A program made the position numbers and the translations under genes. The notes beneath the pieces were generated by a model. The model was not told the origin of the DNA. It worked only from the letters and a program-made list of their open reading frames with translations, and ran no database searches. DNA of 64,000 bases from Nanobdellota archaeon (GTDB lineage: Archaea; Nanobdellota; Nanobdellia; Parvarchaeales; Parvarchaeaceae): positions 6,182 to 70,181 of the forward strand of contig JAJYZA010000003.1 of assembly GCA_021800365.1 (NCBI GenBank). Direction: 5' to 3'. Below, piece after piece: positions 58,121 through 64,000 of the stretch. How positions within the stretch are numbered: the first letter of the stretch is position 1; every line of letters starts with the position of its first letter.

Positions 58121-59287
58121 CTAGAAATTGTTAAGATTGGTTTGTTTTTCTATATTTGATAAAACTATCGATTTCTTTTCGATATTTATTGGATAAAATA
58201 ACGCTTCTTTTGCATTTCTGATGGCGAGTTCTTGGCTGCCAAAATAATTTAATTCTCCAGACAGCACTCTTCTCGCGCCTTCTCTAACTACCCATACGCC
58301 AAGCGGCGCAAAATATTCAGGTGTTATCTCCCTTATAACAATCACAGAGAACTGTTTCTTCATAGATTTTAGTTTCTCTAGAATAGCCAGGCGTATTGCA
58401 TAATAAGCACCAGCGGTGTTTTTTACATACTTACTTCTTCCACCGTAAAATTCGTGGTCTCCGGCTCCGCTAAAGATATTCTTTCCATCGCGGTTCCACG
58501 TTTCCAATAATTCAAACGACCACATACCTGGAATAAATATAAATACGTAATGGTTTCCTAATACGGTTCCGGTCTTTATTGCACAGCCGTCGCCTTTGGG
58601 ATATGATTTGACTTCTTCTAGCAGGCCTTTTCCTATTACATCGTCTACAGCAGTTATAGCCCACTTTGTGGGCACGATTCTTCTCTTTATCCCGATGGCG
58701 CCCACGCTAAGTGCTTTGCTTATTCTATTGTCATCGATAGAATTGTTATAAAGATATATCATACCGTCTGTCGCCTTTAAGTCTCTATCATAATATACTT
58801 TTTCAAGATTTTTATTCAATCTAATATTTTCTACTAGTTTTAATCCAGATAGCTCCGCCGTAAAACCGTGCGGTGTTAGGTCTTTTGATACCAAAGGACT
58901 GTCATGTATGTGTAATAATCTTAAATCTATAGCCAGCTCGTTTTCTGAGAGTGTCGCTAGCGTGACATTATGCATATATTTATTATCTGGTTTTCTTATG
59001 TCTACGTTATTTTTTGCATTTATGAGTGTAGATCTCAACAAAAAAATCTTTGAAACATCAAACCCAGTTTTTATCCAGAACTTTGGTGCATCATAAATAG
59101 CTGCATTTTGATCCGTTGTAAATATTACTCCTACAGAAACGCGAGGATAATTAAATTCACCTATCAACGTAGATGGTGGAGTGAATCCGCCTATATTTCC
59201 CGTCTTCGCTAAGTTAATTATTCTACTTAGTGTTCTTTTGTTCTTTTTTATTTCTTTATAAACCGACTTTATAGGTATTATTCTCAT
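58121..59287 (-). CDS. nre: Nre-family DNA repair protein with C-terminal PIP box
   Basis: PPS..IG..NYP.V, RRIVPTKWAITAVDD, LGNHY, GAYYA.RL, Y.APLGVWVVRE, QTNLNNF; ATG at 59287. Confidence 0.88.
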   Translation of the reverse strand: MRIIPIKSVYKEIKKNKRTLSRIINLAKTGNIGGFTPPSTLIGEFNYPRVSVGVIFTTDQNAAIYDAPKFWIKTGFDVSKIFLLRSTLINAKNNVDIRKPDNKYMHNVTLATLSENELAIDLRLLHIHDSPLVSKDLTPHGFTAELSGLKLVENIRLNKNLEKVYYDRDLKATDGMIYLYNNSIDDNRISKALSVGAIGIKRRIVPTKWAITAVDDVIGKGLLEEVKSYPKGDGCAIKTGTVLGNHYVFIFIPGMWSFELLETWNRDGKNIFSGAGDHEFYGGRSKYVKNTAGAYYAIRLAILEKLKSMKKQFSVIVIREITPEYFAPLGVWVVREGARRVLSGELNYFGSQELAIRNAKEALFYPINIEKKSIVLSNIEKQTNLNNF

Positions 59288-59288
59288 A

Positions 59289-59465
59289 TCATAATATCCC
59301 ACGTTTAATCAATAATTCTTTTTTTATTTGGCGACGATACTTTGCAATTTCTTCATCTCTCGAATACTTCTGTGGCGCATTTATTATAGTATCAGAATCG
59401 CAAATCTGGCAGGTTTCCTTCAAGGAATACTTTTCGCATTTTTGACAAAATCGTATTTTTTTCAT
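59289..59465 (-). CDS. nop10: Nop10 (58 aa; below the ORF-track cutoff)
   Basis: MKKIRFCQKCEKYSLKETCQICDSDTIINAPQKYSRDEEIAKYRR...; ATGA overlap with aIF2alpha, canonical order. Confidence 0.9.
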   Translation of the reverse strand: MKKIRFCQKCEKYSLKETCQICDSDTIINAPQKYSRDEEIAKYRRQIKKELLIKRGIL

Positions 59466-60196
59466 TCTTTTATTTCCTTATAAGTAAATTCTATACCGAG
59501 TTTTTTACTTTCAGCTTCTAATCCTTCTAGTATCTTTTTATTTTCGCTCAGGGTTTTCTTAGTATCCGAAGCATTTACGCTTAGAAGATAGTGTGGTGCC
59601 TTGATGTACTTTATCGAATAATCTTTATCATTTGTATAATTTTTAATTAGCAGATTTTTAATGCTTTCAACGCCATCTTCATTGAATGCTCGGATGAACA
59701 AATCCGTTTTTATTGTTATTCTTTTTTTAGTTTTTTCTACGAAATCGAGCAGTTCTTCTATGGCAGTTTTGCTTAACTCCATGTTCTTCAATGTAGGTTT
59801 TCCATTTCTTAAAACCGCACTATAAAAATCATATAAAGATCCATACTCGTCTTTAATTTTTTTGATTAGTTCCTGCGCCCCTTTCCCGGCGATCTTTTCT
59901 ATTATCTTTTCCGTCCTAGTGCTTATAGACCATTCCTTTAGTGCCTGCTTCTTTTCATTATCCGTGACCCGTTTCGCAGACAATTCTATCGACTGCGGTT
60001 CGAGTTTTATTAATTTACAAACTATTCTTTCCCCTTGCCTAGCAACATCTTTTACGTTTTTTACCCATCTCTTACTTAATTCCGAGATATGTACAAAACC
60101 TTCCTTGTCAGAATCATCTATGCCAACAATTATTCCATGCTGCAGAAGTTTTCGTACATCGCAGATGTAAATCGCCCCTACAGTTAATTTTATCAT
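59462..60196 (-). CDS. eif2a: Translation initiation factor 2 alpha subunit
   Basis: S1 domain EGFVHISELSKRWVKN, IELSAKRV, YIKAPHY. Confidence 0.92.
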   Translation of the reverse strand: MIKLTVGAIYICDVRKLLQHGIIVGIDDSDKEGFVHISELSKRWVKNVKDVARQGERIVCKLIKLEPQSIELSAKRVTDNEKKQALKEWSISTRTEKIIEKIAGKGAQELIKKIKDEYGSLYDFYSAVLRNGKPTLKNMELSKTAIEELLDFVEKTKKRITIKTDLFIRAFNEDGVESIKNLLIKNYTNDKDYSIKYIKAPHYLLSVNASDTKKTLSENKKILEGLEAESKKLGIEFTYKEIKE

Positions 60197-60278
60197 CTCA
60201 TTTATGCGCCGTTTCTTATATATATCTATTGTGGCTTACGAGTTTAAAATATTAATACTCCAATTAGTTATTTAGTGC

Positions 60279-60596
60279 ATGGTTGAACATCTAGATTCAG
60301 AAAACTTCAATAGCACAATAACTAATTCTAACATAGCAATCGTAGATTTTTGGGCGGACTGGTGCATGCCTTGTAAACAGCTATCTAATATACTGGAAGA
60401 ATTTGAAATTAAATTAGGCGCAGAATCGAAACTATTCAAAGTAAACGTTGACAAAAATCCTGCTCTCGTCGGTCAGTACGGTATAGAAAGTATCCCCACA
60501 ATAATAATCTTTAAGAATGGAAGTCCTATAAGCTCTATAATAGGACTACAGTCAAAAAACGAAATCGAAAAAGCAATTTTCTCTGCAATCAGCTAA
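60279..60596 (+). CDS. trxA: Thioredoxin
   Basis: VDFWADWCMPC, SIPT. Confidence 0.93.
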   Translation: MVEHLDSENFNSTITNSNIAIVDFWADWCMPCKQLSNILEEFEIKLGAESKLFKVNVDKNPALVGQYGIESIPTIIIFKNGSPISSIIGLQSKNEIEKAIFSAIS

Positions 60597-60598
60597 AA

Positions 60599-61117
60599 AT
60601 GGAAGGCGCTACAATATTTAAAAATAGCATGGTAGTTTTCGATCAGGCTCTTGCTTCGAGACTATTTAATAAAGGATACTTCGGTTCTTTTTTAGATGGA
60701 AAACTTGAACTTTCGCTCGAGGAGGCATTATACTTAAAAGAAAAGAAGGGACTTAAGTTGCTTAATGAACGCGGAAGGATATTATCTACACAAAGTTTCA
60801 TGCGTATTGCAGAACGCATACAAAAACGATTTTCGATAAGATATCGCGTCTTTAAAGACATGAGAGATGGGGGTTATATATTAAAGACAGCCTTTAAATA
60901 CGGTGGAGACTTTAGAGTTTACAATAAGGGTGACACCCCGGGAAAAGCCCATGCAATGTGGATATTGTATGCAGCCGATGAGCATGAGTCGATGCGTTTC
61001 CTTTCATTTGCGGCGATGAGCAGGGTAGTGCACAGCGTTAAGAAAAAACTGCTTATAGGTATTGTAGACGATGAAGGCTCAGTGACTTATTATGAGATGA
61101 GGTGGATGAAGTTGTGA
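60599..61117 (+). CDS. endA: tRNA splicing endonuclease, single-unit (alpha4-type size)
   Basis: LSLEEALYL, catalytic Tyr (FKYGGDFRVY), His (KAH) and Lys (VKKKLL). Confidence 0.93.
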   Translation: MEGATIFKNSMVVFDQALASRLFNKGYFGSFLDGKLELSLEEALYLKEKKGLKLLNERGRILSTQSFMRIAERIQKRFSIRYRVFKDMRDGGYILKTAFKYGGDFRVYNKGDTPGKAHAMWILYAADEHESMRFLSFAAMSRVVHSVKKKLLIGIVDDEGSVTYYEMRWMKL

Positions 61118-61122
61118 TTTTT

Positions 61123-61236
61123 ATGGCAAAATTGGCGTTTAAGCATCGCGCGAAAAAAAGAAAGGAGAGATCGAAAGTAAATTCAGATAAAACTAAATTT
61201 AGTAAAATCCTTAGAGGTTATCTTATCAAGAATTAA
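61123..61236 (+). CDS. Putative 37-aa basic small protein
   Basis: MAKLAFKHRAKKRKERSKVNSDKTKFSKILRGYLIKN; starts 5 nt after endA, and its stop overlaps the convergent gene's stop. Confidence 0.35.
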   Translation: MAKLAFKHRAKKRKERSKVNSDKTKFSKILRGYLIKN

Positions 61237-61811
61237 TCAGAGAATGAAACCCGGAGCTTACCTACCCAATTTAGTCCGTCAATTTCTCTCGATCGCACAA
61301 CTACAAAGAGAGTAGTGCCTTGACTCTTGCTTTTCTGACCAGCCCAGCCTATCTTGAATTTAAAACGATTAACGCCGCCACTATCAACAATGGCTTCAGA
61401 TGTAAAATTGTTGAAATAAGCCCCTTCAATCTTATTGAATACTACTGGTAGAAAATTGTCCCTGTCCTCAACCGTGACCTCGAGGACAATAGGCACGTCG
61501 AATCTATTAATTATCTCTATGCTTACGTTCTCGCTTCCTCCGTTCAATAGATTTATGGAATCTGGGGCTATTTTAACATCCAGTCTTGATGCTAACGCTT
61601 CCGAAAGCGCCTCTAAAGCATTCTTTATTTTAAGGCCGTAGCTTTGTTTTACCAATAAGGCATTTATTTCTCGCAAAAGTGAATTTGTTTTTATCTCACT
61701 GAGTCTAAGCAGGGAATAAACGCTGTTCGCACCATCTTCTCCTATTGTTTTCTTTAAAGAGTCAATAATGATACGCTGTAAAATCTTACTGTCAGCAATC
61801 GTCAAGTCCAT
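61233..61811 (-). CDS. Hypothetical protein (helical N-terminus, beta-sandwich-like C-terminus)
   Basis: Clean 192-aa ORF; no recognised motif. Confidence 0.65.
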   Translation of the reverse strand: MDLTIADSKILQRIIIDSLKKTIGEDGANSVYSLLRLSEIKTNSLLREINALLVKQSYGLKIKNALEALSEALASRLDVKIAPDSINLLNGGSENVSIEIINRFDVPIVLEVTVEDRDNFLPVVFNKIEGAYFNNFTSEAIVDSGGVNRFKFKIGWAGQKSKSQGTTLFVVVRSREIDGLNWVGKLRVSFSD

Positions 61812-61922
61812 AGCTTATTTTATTTAGTATAATATTTAATGGTTTTTATTATTTAAGTGTGCAGTTTTGTAAGATCAAATGCCACATTTAAAGTTTAAAT
61901 TGCGCTAATGACATTTTAAAAT

Positions 61923-64000
61923 ATGCCAATCCCGCGTAATAATGGACATAAAAAACGAACTCAAGCAGCAACCGACTTTCTACTTAGTTGGGGCTGGGTA
62001 ATAGCGATAGTTGTAGTTGCAATAATAATAATCTTTGAGCTTGGCTTATTTCCCTCGTCAAAGAATGCAACTCTTATAAATGGCTTTCAAGGAGTTACAA
62101 TCTCTAATGTCGGGGTTAATAGCTCGCTTTTTGTGGTGCAGCTAAAGAATCAATTCGGCCAGCCAGTTAATATTAATAACGTCTCCGTAACGATAAATGG
62201 GCAAACGTATTATGCTTTTCAGTGCAGTACACAGTTAGTAGCTAATGGGGCGATTACGTTATGCAGAGTACCTGTCTCAATAAGCTCGTCAAATTATCAA
62301 TCTTCGGTCAGTATCAAATATGCGCCAGCTGGAGCGCCGGGAACAACGCTTTTTTCAAATGGGACTATATCTGGCTCCCAGTCCCCAGGAACCATTTCTT
62401 TAAACAATCTAAAATATTACTTTGTAGAATCGGGTTTGCCTAATGGATATAGTTGGGGAGTAAACTTGAACCAGTCCGCGGAGGCTACAAATACCTCTAC
62501 ATTAGTGTTCAGTGAACCTTTCGGCACCTATTCTTTCAATGTAAGTAACACTTCTGTGGCGGGCTGCGTAACACGGCTTGCGCCAATCAATGGAACTGTA
62601 TCCTCTGGTGTAACGGAACAGATAGTTTACAACTATAGTTGTACAACGGTATTTCATGAGAGGGGTTTAACTAATAATGACAGATGGAACGTTACATACG
62701 ATGGTGTCGAGAAATCAGCAGCAGGCAGTTCGTCTATAACATTTACAACGGGGGTCGGAACATATGCCTATAGCATCCCTTCTTACGAGGTCCCCGTAAC
62801 TTATCTTGTTACAACTAATCCGACAGTTGCCTCACCGGGTGCGATAGCGTATGACTCCGTAAATAGAAGCTTATACGTGCCATCTTCATCGGGTAATGGT
62901 ATAAGCGTGTTCAATGCGTCTAATGGTTACATCACATTGTCGATTAAGACTTCCTCATCCGGCGCTTATTACAGCCCCGTAGATAGTTACGTTTATATCT
63001 CAAATTCGTCTACAAATAAGGTTCTGTATGTTAGCACATTGACAAATACCTTAAAAGGCTCCATTTCGGTAGGTTCAAGTCCGGGCGCAATAATCGGCGG
63101 TGCAGTAATAGGTACTGAATATTCTGCTCTCGGAGGTGTACCAAACGGTGGACAAAACATATATATAGCGAATTATGGATCGAATACAGTTACAGTATTA
63201 AATAGCGGCTCTGTAGTCGCTACGATTACTTTGGGGGGTAGTTCGCCATCTGCATTGACTTTTGACCCTTCAAACAAGGAAATATATGTCGCCGAGAGCG
63301 GCGCTGTAACTGTGATAAATGATTCCTCACCAAAAGATATAAAGAACATAACAATCTCAGGTACTCTCGATGGGATAGTCTATGATCCAGTGAATGGAGA
63401 AGTTTATGTCTTAGACTCCACTACAAATTCTATTTCTGTTATAAACGCGACTACAAATGCGGTAATAACGACAATTCCTTCGTGCAGCACCCCGAATGAC
63501 ATAGCTATGGATACCGTTAACGATAACTTATATGTCGCTTGTGGGGTATCGAGTGGTTCAGATGTCAGTGTGATAAATGGCTCAGCAAACAAAAATATAC
63601 AGAACTTTTCATTTGGTACCGCATTTACAAAAGCCGCATATGATATAGGAAGTGGAGATCTTTATTTTGTTTCGAATACAGGCAATTCAATTTTGGATTT
63701 TGAGCCATGGGCAGTTAATACCCCCCGGGGTACATTAACAGCTGGGCAGAGCACAACGGTCTCATTTGCACCTTTATCCAGCAGCATATTTGTAACTCCC
63801 CCCTACAAACTTTACAATAATGGGCCGGCAGATTTTTCTCTTTGGTGGTTGAAATATGGTAACGTAAACTTAAGCCAAATGATAGGATCAAATATAGTGA
63901 TTGCCACCGCACCGGCAGCTTCAATGTCTTATAAAGGGGCCATGTATCCATACCAAAATGTAGGCACCTCGCAGCCAGAATTAGACTTCTGTAATATAAT
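61923..64000 (+). CDS. Class III signal-peptide surface protein with F.E.GL..W.V repeats and YVTN propeller, 3'-partial
   Basis: Own translation: MPIPRNNGHKKRT/QAATDFLLSWGWVIAI...; FVESGLPNGYSWGV, FHERGLTNNDRWNV, YIANYGSNTVTV; no stop before the window end; absent from the ORF track. Confidence 0.85.
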   Translation, partial: MPIPRNNGHKKRTQAATDFLLSWGWVIAIVVVAIIIIFELGLFPSSKNATLINGFQGVTISNVGVNSSLFVVQLKNQFGQPVNINNVSVTINGQTYYAFQCSTQLVANGAITLCRVPVSISSSNYQSSVSIKYAPAGAPGTTLFSNGTISGSQSPGTISLNNLKYYFVESGLPNGYSWGVNLNQSAEATNTSTLVFSEPFGTYSFNVSNTSVAGCVTRLAPINGTVSSGVTEQIVYNYSCTTVFHERGLTNNDRWNVTYDGVEKSAAGSSSITFTTGVGTYAYSIPSYEVPVTYLVTTNPTVASPGAIAYDSVNRSLYVPSSSGNGISVFNASNGYITLSIKTSSSGAYYSPVDSYVYISNSSTNKVLYVSTLTNTLKGSISVGSSPGAIIGGAVIGTEYSALGGVPNGGQNIYIANYGSNTVTVLNSGSVVATITLGGSSPSALTFDPSNKEIYVAESGAVTVINDSSPKDIKNITISGTLDGIVYDPVNGEVYVLDSTTNSISVINATTNAVITTIPSCSTPNDIAMDTVNDNLYVACGVSSGSDVSVINGSANKNIQNFSFGTAFTKAAYDIGSGDLYFVSNTGNSILDFEPWAVNTPRGTLTAGQSTTVSFAPLSSSIFVTPPYKLYNNGPADFSLWWLKYGNVNLSQMIGSNIVIATAPAASMSYKGAMYPYQNVGTSQPELDFCNI

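Noticed and set aside
1-64000. rRNA, CRISPR array, integrase/transposase, tRNA introns
   Set aside because: None recognised by eye; all three tRNAs have intact 7-nt anticodon loops. An Infernal or CRISPR-finder run would be needed to exclude divergent ncRNAs

Overview
This is an AT-rich, very compact archaeal chromosome segment, most likely DPANN and Parvarchaeales-like. The taxonomy is inferred from a single-unit ~172-aa tRNA splicing endonuclease, DPANN-style S14/S5 extensions, thermopsin, and pilin-like DUF2341/YVTN proteins. It is mostly housekeeping: RFC, LeuRS, ProRS, MetRS, TFB, TopA, PolD DP1, pyruvate kinase, a split S10-spc ribosomal cluster through SecY, aIF2alpha, Nop10, and three tRNAs (Thr-GGT, Gln-TTG, initiator Met-CAT). 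The main features worth follow-up are: (1) four large class III signal-peptide (pilin-like) proteins in two modular families, each with a shared pilin head and a swapped adhesin-like passenger (YVTN propellers, DUF2341, and a LamG domain inserted inside DUF2341); one of these runs off the window end and is missing from the ORF track; (2) a small island after tRNA-Gln holding a 2-TM protein with a caspase-fold-like His-Gly/Cys dyad, a nonsense-disrupted casposon-like PolB-HTH remnant and a thermopsin; (3) two apparent pseudo-enzymes, a second thymidylate kinase lacking the Walker A lysine and an ADP-forming acyl-CoA synthetase lacking its phospho-His; (4) a tandem pair of ~380-aa paralogues of unknown family. 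No CRISPR array, rRNA or intact integrase/transposase was seen.
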